Shown one piece after another: positions 23,180 through 34,122 of a stretch of DNA of 64,000 nucleotides. Origin of the DNA: an uncultured delta proteobacterium (GTDB taxonomy: Bacteria; Desulfobacterota; Binatia; UBA9968); NCBI GenBank assembly GCA_963728565.1, contig CAVSLC010000013.1, positions 128,001 through 192,000 of the forward strand, in the 5' to 3' direction. Positions within the stretch are counted from its first letter, which is position 1. The number at the start of each line of letters is the position of its first letter. Both the position numbers and the translations under genes were made by a program. A model generated the notes under the pieces. The model was not told the origin of the DNA and did no database searches. It saw only the letters and a list, made by a program, of their open reading frames with translations.

Positions 23180-25409
23180 ATGACCGATCTGTGGAGTGTG
23201 GGCATCCCTAGCCCGCGGGTTGAAAGCGAACAAAAAGTCGCCGGCAAGGCGGTTTACGCCGCCGATGTAGTTCTCCCCGGCATGCTTTGGGTGAAAGTAT
23301 TAAGAAGCCCGGTTGCTCACGCGCGCATCAAAAAAATTGATACGTCGCGGGCCCTCGGTGTACCGGGGGTTAAAACCATAGTCACGGGAGATGATTTTGG
23401 CGGCGCGAGGATCGGTAAGAAGATTATAGATATGCCGATCCTTGCGGATGGTATCGTCCGTTACGTGGGAGAAAAAGTTGTTGCCGTGGCGGCTGAATCT
23501 GAATCACAGGCGGAAGCGGCGCTCGATTTGATCGATGTCGACTATGAGGAGTTGCCGGCGGTCCTCGATCCGCTTCAAGCCTTGGAACCTTCAGCACCCC
23601 TGCTTCATCCGGATTTAGCAGGGTATAAGGGCCTGCTGCACACGATCGAGTCGCCGAGCAATCTTTTCGTGCATCTCACTTGGAAGAAGGGGGAAGTGGA
23701 GGAAGGTTTCCGGCAGTCCGACATCACCGTCGAGAACACTTATTCGGTTCCGGCGGTACATCAGGCCTACATCGAGCCTCATTGTTGTCTGGCAAGGGTG
23801 AATACCGACGGTAGCGCAGAAATTTGGGCTTCGACCAAGAGCCCTTTCAATTTGCGCGAGCAAGTCGGCAACGCGTTGCAGGTCCTTCCCGCAAGTCTGA
23901 TCGTGCATCCATGCTACGTCGGCGGGGATTTCGGTGGCAAGGGAGACGCCAATGAAGTCGCGCTTTGTTATGAATTGGCAAAAAGATCTGGGCGGCCGGT
24001 CAAGCTGCTGATCGACTATAGCGAGGAGTTGGTCGCCGGAAATCCTCGCCACGGCGCGGTGATAAGAGTTAAGACAGGCGTCAAGAAGAACGGCATGATG
24101 ATCGCTCAGCGCATAGAATTCGTCTTCGACAGCGGCGCCTACGGCTCTTATCGCCCCCAGGGTTATCTGGTTGGCGCTCATGATGCGGCAGGACCTTATC
24201 GCGTGGCCAATTGTTTTATCGAGGAAAAATACGTTTACACCAATAAGATGCCATGCGGTTACATGCGCGCTCCAGGACATCTGCAAGCGTTTTTCGCCAC
24301 CGAAAGCCATGCCGACTTGGTTGCCAAGCGTCTGGAAATGGATCCTGCGGAGTATCGCCGGATTAATTTCATGCGCGACGGTGATAAGTCACCCTTGGGT
24401 GAAGTAATGCCCCACGTCAAGCCCGGCGATACCTTGATCAAAGCGGTGGAGATATCCGGTTACAGCAATCCCAAGCCCAAAAATGTTGGCCGCGGCTGCG
24501 CGATTGCCAATTGGGTTTCAAAAGGCGGCGAGTCCTACGCTTTCGTCAAGATCGATAAAGACGGGATCATAACGCTCTCCTCGGCGGTGACCGATACCGG
24601 TCCTGGCGCGTTTACAATCATGCGTCAAATCGTCGGCCAGGAACTCAAAGTCTCCCCTGAGTCGATTCGAGTCGAGATGCTGGATACGACCCAAGTGATC
24701 AAAGATACCGGGGTGCGCGGCAGTAGTAGCACCCGAGTGCATGGCGGGTCCGCGTATGAGGCCGCCAATAAAGCGCGTGAACAGATTCTAAAAATTGCCG
24801 CCCAGGCGATGAATGCGATGCCGGAAGAACTGATTCTTTACGATGGCGGGGTCACTCATCGCCGCGCTGAACGGCGGATGAGCTTTGCCGAGATTGCCGA
24901 AGCTAATCAGGGCTCGATAGTAGGAGAGGGGCACTACGCCAACATGGCGGACGGGCCGGAGACATCGATTGTCGCTCAGGTAGCTGAGGTGGAGGTGGAT
25001 ACTCAAACCGGGGAGGTGCAAGTTAGAAAGCTTACTACGGCTCACAATACCGGAGCCATTCTTAACCCGTTAACGCACCAGGGGCAAATCGATGGCGGGG
25101 TGATTATGGGAATGGGTTACGGCATCATGGAGGATCTCGCTGTCGATGAAAGCGGAAAAGTTCTGACGAACAATCTAGGAGAATACAAAATTCCCAATAT
25201 CAAAGACGTGCCCGGTACTCAAAACTGCTATCATCCAGTCGGCAACTGGCAGCGGACCGTATAATAGTATGAGCATCGGCGAGACCGCGTTGATACCCAC
25301 GGCTGCCGCCATTGCCAACGCCGTGGAAGACGCGGTCGGCGTGCGGATCACGTCTCTGCCGATCACCGCTGAGAAAGTGCTCAACGCGATCAGACGCCGC
25401 TCAGATTAG
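23180..25409 (+). CDS. Xanthine dehydrogenase-family molybdopterin-binding subunit; apparent 1-nt insertion near 25213
   Basis: KVAGKAVY, RSPVAHA, HQAYIEPH, GGDFGGK, RAPG, GQIDGG. The C-terminal SIGE..PTAAAIANAVEDAVGVRI..LPITAEKV is in the shifted frame, with TAG at 25407-25409. Confidence 0.88.
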
Positions 25410-25492
25410 CGGAATTCGCTTAAAAACAATCTCTAAGTCGGCATAGGGCCCGCCGCGCCTGTCGTTGTGCCAGCCAAGGCTCAGCGATGCTG

Positions 25493-25975
25493 TCATTTGT
25501 CTTTGCGCTTACCGTGTAGCGCGACGAACAAGTTGTAAAATGAGGCGATCGATCTTTCTTCCATGTTGGGATGGCCGTTTTCATTCTGGTATAAGAGAGT
25601 CACGCTAAGCGGGCTTTTGTGCAGTTCGAGCAGTTCGGCGTTCTTGGTATCCAGGTAAGATCCCACGGTTCTTAAAGTATTCGGCAAGCTATAGAAGTCA
25701 GGCAGGCGGTCACGCTTTTTTCGATTCAAACGGCCCTCGTTCTCGAGGCGCTCGATCTCCGCCGTTCCATAGGCAAGCGATGTTTCCTTCGATGCTCCCT
25801 GCATTCGGTTCCGCCAGTCGCGCAATCTCGCTAATAAGCGTGAATCCTTTTCCGGAACTCCGCGCACTACATAGCGCTCGGCATCCGCTTTGAGTTCGAA
25901 GGCCGTTATTCGCTTGTTGTCGAGCGATTGTCCAATCGCACGAAGATGTTGATCATAAGCATTTCCAGATCGCAT
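25493..25975 (-). CDS. Hypothetical protein with two internal 'LRxxGxxLD' repeats
   Basis: LRAIGQSLD and LRTVGSYLD; purine-rich RBS-like sequence before the ATG at 25975. Confidence 0.7.
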   Translation of the reverse strand: MRSGNAYDQHLRAIGQSLDNKRITAFELKADAERYVVRGVPEKDSRLLARLRDWRNRMQGASKETSLAYGTAEIERLENEGRLNRKKRDRLPDFYSLPNTLRTVGSYLDTKNAELLELHKSPLSVTLLYQNENGHPNMEERSIASFYNLFVALHGKRKDK

Positions 25976-26086
25976 CAAACCCTCACTTTCCAAGCAGGCC
26001 GCTTTATCGCCAACTACCATAGGCAGAGACGCTCCGCGTCATATCATCGGCAAAATCCGGAAACAAGGGCTAAGCGCCTGACTTCC

Positions 26087-26115
26087 TTGACAACAAGGAG
26101 AGCCAAACGTATGGT
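26087..26115 (+). promoter_or_regulatory. Putative sigma70 promoter of the ubiD-like gene
   Basis: TTGACA-N17-TATGGT about 60 nt upstream of AGGAGG-ATG. Confidence 0.6.
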
Positions 26116-26173
26116 TTGTTGTGCTCCCCGATGCATCGGCACCACTGCACTTAGCAAACAATTAGGAGGATCA

Positions 26174-27652
26174 ATGGCACGTCCAGAAAGAGTTGGAACA
26201 ACCCAAAGCACGGTTTCCTATCATGGTTTGCGCGATTGGCTGGACCAGGTCGAAAAATTGGGCGAGCTGCAGAAAGTCAACGGCGCACACTGGGATCGGG
26301 AGATGGGGGCAATCACTCAGATGCTCACTGAAACGGGCAAAGGTAAGGCGCCAGCGATCCTTTTTGATGAAGTTCCCGGATACCCAAAAGGTTACCGGAC
26401 GCTGTACGGGCAGTTCTCAACCATTAAGCGGGTGGCGTTGACTTTGGGCCTACCGCTCGAATACGAGCACAAAGCCGATATCGTCAAAGCCTACCATCAT
26501 CGCATGGAGGACATGAAGCTGCTCAAGCCCAAGATCGTCAGGACCGGGCCGATATTTGACAATGTACTGGAAGGCGACAAAGTGGATGTGCTCAAGTTGC
26601 CCGTGCCGATTCATCATCAACAAGATACGCACCGCTACATTGGCACCGCGGATATGTGCATCACCAAGGATCCGGACGCAGAGTGGTATAATTTCGGCGC
26701 CTATCGTTGTGAAGTTTACGATGAAAAAACTATCGGCTGTCAGATCACCGAAGGTAAACACGGGCGCATTCACCGCGACAAGTATTTCGAGCGCGGGCAG
26801 AGCGCTAAGTTTGCGATTGTGTGCGGCCAAGATCCGCTTCTTTATTTGCTTTCCGCCAGTCCGTTGCCAAGCGGAGTTTCTGAATACGATTTCGCTGGCG
26901 GGATTCGCGGCGAGCCCGTCGAGGTCGTTAAAGGCCCATTTACCGGTTTTCCGATTCCGGCGGACGCAGAGATCGTCATCGAAGGGGAGGCGGTTCCGGG
27001 GCAGGTCAGACCAGAGGGGCCGTTCGGCGAATGGATGGGCTATTATTCCGACGATGTCGTGCCGCGTCCCTACTTGAATGTGAAAACCGTCCTGTATCGC
27101 AATAATCCGATTCTCACATGCGCGCCGCAGCACAAGCCGGTGGACGAAACCGGCTTGCTCAAAGGCATTGCCGGCGCGGCGGAAATCTGGAAAGCTTTGG
27201 AAGCTTGCGGGTTGCCCGAAATATTGGGCGTCTGGAATCACGAAGGGGCGCCGGCAACTCGCTTCACCGCCATTCAGATCCGGCAACGCTATCCGGGGCA
27301 TGCTCGCAACGTGCTTCACGTCGCAGCTAACTGTATGGCCGGCGCGTACAACGGCAAATGGACGGTGGTTGTCGATGACGATGTCGATTGTTCGGACATG
27401 GATCAGGTTCTATGGGCGATGGGCACTCGGTTCGACCCGATGACCGATATCGATTTGATTCAGAAAGCCTGGTCTTCGGGCCGCGATCCGATGTTTCTGC
27501 CGGGAAATTTCAACAATCGCATTTTGATCGACGCATGCGTTCCTTACAACCGCAAGCTGAAAGGGGAATTCCCGAAGGTGGTGGAAGTTCCTAATGACGT
27601 GCGCGCGCAGCTGAAGGCCAAGTTTCCGCAGTTATTCAAGTCACCAGGATAG
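26174..27652 (+). CDS. UbiD-family (prenylated-FMN-dependent) decarboxylase
   Basis: PAILFDEVPGY, NFGAYR, EIVIEG, EGPFGEWMGYY, VVDDDVD..VLWAM.TR; RBS AGGAGG. Confidence 0.92.
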   Translation: MARPERVGTTQSTVSYHGLRDWLDQVEKLGELQKVNGAHWDREMGAITQMLTETGKGKAPAILFDEVPGYPKGYRTLYGQFSTIKRVALTLGLPLEYEHKADIVKAYHHRMEDMKLLKPKIVRTGPIFDNVLEGDKVDVLKLPVPIHHQQDTHRYIGTADMCITKDPDAEWYNFGAYRCEVYDEKTIGCQITEGKHGRIHRDKYFERGQSAKFAIVCGQDPLLYLLSASPLPSGVSEYDFAGGIRGEPVEVVKGPFTGFPIPADAEIVIEGEAVPGQVRPEGPFGEWMGYYSDDVVPRPYLNVKTVLYRNNPILTCAPQHKPVDETGLLKGIAGAAEIWKALEACGLPEILGVWNHEGAPATRFTAIQIRQRYPGHARNVLHVAANCMAGAYNGKWTVVVDDDVDCSDMDQVLWAMGTRFDPMTDIDLIQKAWSSGRDPMFLPGNFNNRILIDACVPYNRKLKGEFPKVVEVPNDVRAQLKAKFPQLFKSPG

Positions 27653-27664
27653 CGAGGATCCGGG

Positions 27665-28390
27665 ATGGTTTTTACAAGCTGGCGCGGCGTTGTCGGTGTC
27701 GTGAAGCCCACACACCGTCCCGGATCGCTTGAAGAGTTCATCCGTTTGCTACCCGAGGGGATCGGGGTGCTGCCGGTTTATTTGAACTTCAAGCGAGGAA
27801 CAGTGGATGAATTCCGGGCGGCCCTCGATGCAGTCGAAGACAAGGTTGCCGAGCTGGCCAACGAAGGCGTCGATCTGATACATCCTGAAGGCGCGCCGCC
27901 TTTCATGGTGCACGGCTATAAAGGCGAAGAAAAGATCATTGAAGATTGGCAACGCAAATATAAGGTCCCCATCGTCACGGCGGCGCAAACCCAAGTGGAC
28001 GCGTTACGCGCTTTGAACGTGAAAAAAATTCTTGGTGTCACTTATTTCGTCGGCAGCGTAAACGATATTACAACCAGTTATTTTCGCGATGCCGGCTTCG
28101 ATGTGCTGGCCATGGAAGGGATGTCGGTTGCCTTTGAAGATGTCGGCCGGCTCGCCTCGCAGGAAATCTACGCGCATACGCGACGAGCCTTTTTAAAACA
28201 TCCCGGTGCCGAAGCGATTTATATGCTAGGGACAGGTTGGCGCTGCCTGGACATCATTCGCTTGCTGGAAGACGATTTGCAGGTTCCGGTAATCCATCCG
28301 GTGCCCGCCCGAGTCTGGGCAGTGCAAAAACGGCTGCATGTGAGGCAACCTGTGCAGGGCTTCGGCCGATTGCTTCTAGAGATGCCCTGA
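27665..28390 (+). CDS. Asp/Glu racemase / maleate isomerase / arylmalonate decarboxylase-fold protein lacking the canonical Cys residues
   Basis: ALRALNVKKI..TYF, GFDV, EAIYMLG, LEDDLQVPVI and GFGRLL match the family pattern. Confidence 0.8.
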   Translation: MVFTSWRGVVGVVKPTHRPGSLEEFIRLLPEGIGVLPVYLNFKRGTVDEFRAALDAVEDKVAELANEGVDLIHPEGAPPFMVHGYKGEEKIIEDWQRKYKVPIVTAAQTQVDALRALNVKKILGVTYFVGSVNDITTSYFRDAGFDVLAMEGMSVAFEDVGRLASQEIYAHTRRAFLKHPGAEAIYMLGTGWRCLDIIRLLEDDLQVPVIHPVPARVWAVQKRLHVRQPVQGFGRLLLEMP

Positions 28391-28567
28391 ACTTCGCGAA
28401 CCGGCATCCAAGGGCCGGTGATATTCTCTCCGGCCCTGACCGGATACCTCACGGTTAGCCAAGCGCGGCTTTGAACCGTGAGGATTGCCGAGCCCCCAAT
28501 TTGAAGAGCCTCCGACCCTCGAAATCGACGAGCCATTCAAGTTTGTTGTTCTGCATCCGTTAAGGTT

Positions 28568-29389
28568 ATGACAAACGAAGTTGAAGCGTTTCGCATCTTT
28601 GAACATGCGGGATGGGAAGCTATTCCCGAACAGTATCATCAGGCGTTCGGTAGGCTGACCACCCAGACGATCGGACCTCTGTTGGATGCGGTTCAAATGA
28701 AGAGCGGCACGAAGCTCCTCGACATCGCGACGGGTCCGGGCTACGTCGCCGCCGCCGCCGCAAAGCGCGGCGCGACTGTGCTCGGGATCGATTTCTCAGC
28801 GAGGATGATAGAACAAGCTCGACAGCTTCATCCTGGCATCGAGTTCCGACCAGGTGACGCAGAGCGGCTACCACTAGGCAACGGACTATTCGATTCGGCA
28901 GTAATCAATTTTGGTATTCTTCATTTCGGGCAGCCGGAGCTTGCGTTGGAGGAGGCCGCGCGGGTTATTCGGGCTGGCGGTTACTTCGCGTTCACCGCCT
29001 GGGCTCGACCTGAGGACACGATCGGGTTCAATATTGTGCTGCGATCAGTGGAAGCTTACGGCGAGCCAAGAATCAAACTCCCGGAAGGTCCACCTTTCTT
29101 TCGGTTTAGCGATCCTGCCGAATGCGTCAGGGGACTGATCGGCGCTGGCTTCGAGAATCCGACGGTGGTGAAGGTTCCTCAGCTGTGGCGCTTGTCCAGC
29201 GGAGAGGCTCTCTTTGATGTTATGCGAAATAGCACGGTTCGCACAGCCGGACTGCTCCAGAGTCAGAAACCAGTGGTGTTGCAGAAGATTCGTGCAGCGA
29301 TCTGCGCTGACGCGGAGCAATACCGAGTCGGTGATGTTATTGAACTACCGATGCCGGCGCTCATCGCCGCGGGAAAAAAACCGAAGTAA
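28568..29389 (+). CDS. Class I SAM-dependent methyltransferase
   Basis: LLDIATGPG, GIDFS, GDAERLP..FD. Confidence 0.9.
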   Translation: MTNEVEAFRIFEHAGWEAIPEQYHQAFGRLTTQTIGPLLDAVQMKSGTKLLDIATGPGYVAAAAAKRGATVLGIDFSARMIEQARQLHPGIEFRPGDAERLPLGNGLFDSAVINFGILHFGQPELALEEAARVIRAGGYFAFTAWARPEDTIGFNIVLRSVEAYGEPRIKLPEGPPFFRFSDPAECVRGLIGAGFENPTVVKVPQLWRLSSGEALFDVMRNSTVRTAGLLQSQKPVVLQKIRAAICADAEQYRVGDVIELPMPALIAAGKKPK

Positions 29390-29477
29390 TACCGCTTGAT
29401 GACGGCGGCGACTCTAGGGCGCGCTGCGCGTCATAGCTCAACCGTTAAACGCGCCGGCTGAATGACGATCGAGGCAC

Positions 29478-29687
29478 TCAGTCATCAAGCCGGAAGCCAA
29501 GCTTTATGATTACTTGCCAGTAATCAATTTTATTGTTCTCGATATAACCTCTGGTCTCGATGACCTGAAACCAGTGGATGTTGTGCAGCGTCTGGCCGGC
29601 TTTCGTAATTGCATTCTGTACCGCATCTTCGACGCTGGTTTTAGAGGTGCCGGTCAGCTCGATTTGTTTGTAGATGTGCTCGCTCAT
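29478..29687 (-). CDS. Dodecin (flavin-binding)
   Basis: YKQIELTGTS..SVEDAVQNAI, WFQV, QVIIKLGFRL; 69 aa. Confidence 0.93.
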   Translation of the reverse strand: MSEHIYKQIELTGTSKTSVEDAVQNAITKAGQTLHNIHWFQVIETRGYIENNKIDYWQVIIKLGFRLDD

Positions 29688-29852
29688 ATTTCACCTCGAG
29701 GTCTGGTGGTTTGGGCCTAGAAAAAGCAATAAAGGTGCCCGCTTTGAAATGTTAATTCTCAAAGGATTCTCTTGGATGATTGTCCCAGGGATGTCACACG
29801 GGAGATTCCGAAGCGCGCACAATAACCATGGGCGGTTACTTTCGAGTTTATA

Positions 29853-31460
29853 TTATGGGCCGTGATGCGTTGCCAAGGGGCTTGTCTCGGCTAGTTGCAT
29901 CATCTTACGTGCGAGTCTCTCGGTCAGTTCCTTACGATTTCCACAGGCGTCCGAGACATCCCAGAGATTGTTCAACTCGTCTGGATCGTTGACGAGATCA
30001 TACAATTCGCCCCATTCCACCCCTTCATACAAGGTAAGTCGCTGTTTTTCCGTAATCAGACTTCGTGCTCGAAAATTATTCTCCAAACCCATGTAGCCGC
30101 GTCGCTGATGTTCTTCGATCAGGAGAGAGTCGTAGCCGGTAGCGCCTCCTTCCAGCGCGGGAAGCAGACTTCGTCCCTGTATTCCGTTGTATGCCGCCAA
30201 ACCGGCACGATCCAAGACAGTGGTAGCTATGTCGAGCGTGCCGCATAGGCCAGAATTTACAATGTTCTTTTTGACGGCGCCCGGATCACGCCAGATAAAT
30301 GGCACCCGAACCAGCCCACGATAGTGCAGCGCGCCCTTCAGAAGTAGCTGGTGATCGCCCATAAAGTCACCATGATCGGTAGTGAACACAATCACGGTAT
30401 TTGACTCCAGTCCCAGCGCGACGAGCCGCGCCATTATTTTGCCGATCGCATCATCGATCATCGTGATCATGCCGTAAGTAAGCGCGATTGCCTCACGTGC
30501 CTCGCGCTCGCTGATCGCAAAAGTCCGCTGTCCATCTCGATTGCTCTTGTTCAACTCTCGCTCCTCATAGAGTTTCTGCAGGTGCGGCGGGATTGGTCGT
30601 TCCCCTGAATTGAATGATGACGGCAATGAGATTGATTGAGGATCATACATTTCCCAATATTTGCCCGGCGGTGTGAATGGATGATGCGGATCGGGAAATG
30701 AACACTGAATGAAAAATGGCTGCCTCTGATTTGAGCGCGAATATGTCTCCAAGTAATCGATGGTGCGTTCCGCGACAAAAGTGGTTGGATAAAGTTCTTC
30801 CGGCATTCTCGTGCGCCAAGACTGCGGTGCAATATAACCGTTTCCGGGAAGCTGATTCTTGGCTCCGCGCAAGGATTCGGAATGCGAATGACGTGCTTTA
30901 AGCCATCGTTCATAATGGCCGACGGCTTTATCGCCATGCCCGATGGCCAATTCCACATGGTTGAAACCATAATAGGGACGGACCGGTTCAAACTCAGGAT
31001 CTCGCTCCCAGGTCGATGGAAGTTCCTGATCATAGCGGTCTCGTTCATTGATCGACTTCGCGGCTTCGCGCAGGTGTTCCGGTGGCGCAATGCGGCTTGA
31101 GTTGGATTGAGGCATGCCGATGACGGGAGGAGTGCCGTTTATGCTCTGGAGATGACACTTTCCAACGAGAACCGTATCGTATCCAGCAGCGCTGAGAACG
31201 TCGACAAAAGTGGTGGCCGTCAGTGAAAGTGGAACGCCATTCTGACGCGCACCGTGCAACGACGGCATGCGACCGGTCATGAGCGTAGCGCGATTCGGCA
31301 TGCAAATCGGCGTTGCCACGTAAAACCGATCGAAACGCGTGCCCGCCGCCGCCAGCCCATCGATGTGGGGAGTCTGAACCACGGTATTGCCATAACAACC
31401 GAGATGATCGGCTCGTTGCTGGTCAGTGATGATCAAGAGAAAATTGGGATGCTTACTCAT
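29853..31460 (-). CDS. Formylglycine-dependent sulfatase
   Basis: PNFLLIITDQQR, CMPNRATLMTG (CxPxR), GKCH, PHHP, TDHGD. Confidence 0.93.
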   Translation of the reverse strand: MSKHPNFLLIITDQQRADHLGCYGNTVVQTPHIDGLAAAGTRFDRFYVATPICMPNRATLMTGRMPSLHGARQNGVPLSLTATTFVDVLSAAGYDTVLVGKCHLQSINGTPPVIGMPQSNSSRIAPPEHLREAAKSINERDRYDQELPSTWERDPEFEPVRPYYGFNHVELAIGHGDKAVGHYERWLKARHSHSESLRGAKNQLPGNGYIAPQSWRTRMPEELYPTTFVAERTIDYLETYSRSNQRQPFFIQCSFPDPHHPFTPPGKYWEMYDPQSISLPSSFNSGERPIPPHLQKLYEERELNKSNRDGQRTFAISEREAREAIALTYGMITMIDDAIGKIMARLVALGLESNTVIVFTTDHGDFMGDHQLLLKGALHYRGLVRVPFIWRDPGAVKKNIVNSGLCGTLDIATTVLDRAGLAAYNGIQGRSLLPALEGGATGYDSLLIEEHQRRGYMGLENNFRARSLITEKQRLTLYEGVEWGELYDLVNDPDELNNLWDVSDACGNRKELTERLARKMMQLAETSPLATHHGP

Positions 31461-32626
31461 CGGCATTACCATCCTTTGGTATCTAACTATCACACGAGCA
31501 ACCGGCTAGGAATCTCTTCCATGACGATTGCAGGCTAAGTGGAAGAATATAGGTAAAACCCGAGGTAGCTATTTCAAAGACCTGGCGAATGTGCGGATTA
31601 TTCGAAGGCCAGAGGATGGACGGTCGAAGACATCAAGGAGCACGGCATCTTTGAGTCAATCGGAAAGAGAAAATATCTCGTTAACGTTGGACACGGTTTT
31701 TGTGCAGAGCGAGAGCGCTCCATTTTTCTTAGACCCCGGCGCCATAAGCAATCGAGCGAAAGCGCACGTCGTGCGGGAGTGGTGAAGTAGCTTAGAAGAC
31801 AAGCCACAGCAGCAGTGTCGACGTTATTCCGACAATGCTCGCAATCATTATGAGTGAGTCTTCTACCATGTTGTACCTCGATGTTGATTGAACGGTGTGA
31901 GTGAAAAATGTCGAGCAATGAGGCCATGTCTCAGGAAGATGACCAACATGGCAAGGACCACTAACACATCTAGACTGTAACTGGACCAGAAGCCTTGTAA
32001 CTTACGCATAGCACCAAATTCTTACCGCAATAATGAGACCGGACCAAATTGTTTCGATACTTCCTTTGAAGTGCATTTGTGAGCATCTTTGACGACGGCT
32101 ATCATCAGGCAATTTTGGACGTGACACACCAACCGATAGACAAACCGCCCGCTGGATTCATGGAAGTCTTTAGCCCGGCGATGACACCACCGGCAAGAAG
32201 ACTTGAGCATCAGCGAGGGCAGAACAACGAAACACAGCAGCGTTACGCATCATTCACTTGAAACCGCAAATCGCCGTCATCCTGCCCCGATCAAAACGCG
32301 GCACGCCAAAGAAGACTGGCCGTTGTTTGTGAATAATCTCGGCGAGAGGATCGAGCAAATCAGTTTCGAAAGAAACAATGGCACCGAGCCCTGACCGGTC
32401 TGAAGATACGCCCATGGGACTGCTACTCAACCAAAGACCGTCATCTCGCTCGATATTACTGCCCGTGAGAACACTACAAAGCTGGCGCAAGAAGCTGACA
32501 GCTCAAGGAGCACTCTAGAGCGCTTACGCCACATTTCTCGATCAAGAGATCCAGGAAAAAAGTGCAAGGGGAAGTGCGACAGATCAGCCGAAAAACACAA
32601 AGCGGTAATGGTCCAGAGACGTGTCA

Positions 32627-32704
<78 letters not shown>

Positions 32705-32708
32705 GTAC

Positions 32709-32784
32709 TGGTGAGCCGTGCTGGATTCGAACCAGCGACCCTCTGCTTAAAAGGCAGATGCTCTACCGCCTGAGCTAACGGCTC
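32709..32784 (-). tRNA. tRNA-Lys (TTT)
   Basis: Reverse complement GAGCCGTTAGCTCAG...TCTGC CTTTTAA GCAGA...GGTTCGAATCC...ACGGCTCACCA. Confidence 0.97.
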
Positions 32785-32805
32785 GCTGGCGGGCAAACTC
32801 GTTAC

Positions 32806-32834
32806 TTCATAGCGATATTACCTCACTAAGTCAA
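32806..32834 (-). promoter_or_regulatory. Putative sigma70 promoter of the tRNA-Lys/tRNA-Glu pair
   Basis: TTGACT-N17-TATGAA on the minus strand, about 20 nt upstream of tRNA-Lys. Confidence 0.55.
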
Positions 32835-32924
32835 TGAACTCTGAGGAAGCGAACAACTTTTGCGGATTCGAAAAGAGAAGAAGTCGAAGATTGCCCGCCG
32901 CAGGCACAACGAAACCGATCTGCT

Positions 32925-33212
32925 CTAGCGCGGTGCTTGTTCCGTAGTAGCCGGTGTGCTTTTAGCAGCAGAGGACGGCGGAACAAACGAGTCGTTGACA
33001 CGAACAAATCCATGAGCTTCAAGTTGTCTTGCGCAGCTTTCTACGATGCCCGCGAGCATCTGAGTATCTTTAGCAACTGATTCACGAGCGACGCACTTAC
33101 GCATGGTGTTTGTCTTAGGATGATAGAGGCTGATCGATAGTGGATTAGTTGCCCCACATCCGGAAAGAGATTCGATGCTGATCAGAAGCCCAACGATTGA
33201 TATTGTTCGCAT
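32925..33212 (-). CDS. Small putative lipoprotein
   Basis: MRTISIVGLLI...LSGC lipobox and two further Cys; the longer ORF in the track overlaps tRNA-Arg, so it was trimmed. Confidence 0.6.
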   Translation of the reverse strand: MRTISIVGLLISIESLSGCGATNPLSISLYHPKTNTMRKCVARESVAKDTQMLAGIVESCARQLEAHGFVRVNDSFVPPSSAAKSTPATTEQAPR

Positions 33213-33269
33213 AAGCTGGTTGAAAATGATAACAGAACGGAAGGCAAATAGGTAAAAATACTCCGTTAC

Positions 33270-33343
33270 GCCCCCGTAGCTCAGTAGGATAGAGCACAGG
33301 ATTCCTAATCCTGGGGCCGTGAGTTCGAATCTCGCCGGGGGCA
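33270..33343 (+). tRNA. tRNA-Arg (CCT), CCA not encoded
   Basis: GCCCCCGTAGCTCAGTAGGATAGAGCA CAGGA TTCCTAA TCCTG...GTTCGAATC...CGGGGGCA. Confidence 0.95.
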
Positions 33344-34122
33344 TTCCAATCAATTAATAGCACCCGAACTCATCCAACTTCTCTTTCAAAGTCGCCGGAG
33401 TTGGCACGCCGCTTACTTCTTCTGTTGTTGTTCGCCACAGTGAATTATTATGATCTTACGCGCGCGTTAAGCCAGCTTGAGTGAGACGGAAAACTTTCTG
33501 CCTAACCGTAGCCCGAGCCGAACCAAGATCCAGGACAGCCGCCCGCAGCGGAACGAACCGGAGGTTCGTTCCTCGAGCCGCTCAAAACTCGATCAGGTTA
33601 GTACATTCCGACGTCTACGTAGCTTCATTTCAGATTCGCGTAACTGGAAGATAGTTTGCCCGCCAGCAACCTATCTATTCTCCCGTAAGAGAGATGGCAG
33701 GAGACTCACGTTCGCTCGATGTGATAAATTCTAGCCCAGTGTCAGACCCATAGTGCTTACCTGTAGGAGATTTGAATGGTCAGTGTACTGGGCATGGACA
33801 CCTTCGGGGAACGTGATCGCCATACCTTTGTTCAGCATAATCCCGGCGCAGCACGCTGTGGGAACATTTGTCCGCCCGCAAGCCTCAGATTTTGAATTCT
33901 TAGGCCTCTGTCGGCATCCACTGACAGTGAGTTGGTAAGCTAAATTAACACAAGCTTAAATACGCCAAGAGATTTGCTGATTAGCCTCGTAACTGCTAAG
34001 TAAAAACAAATAGGCGATAAACTAAAAGAATAGATGGTGGGATTTTTCATCCTCGGGAGGCAAGTTTCAATCTCGCTGAGGCTTACTGCGAAATTCGAAC
34101 TGATTGACGGGAGAATAGGCTA

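Noticed and set aside
33213-33353. N-terminal extension of ORF 32925-33353, and the ORFs over 32584-32796
   Set aside because: They overlap tRNA genes and are shadow ORFs.
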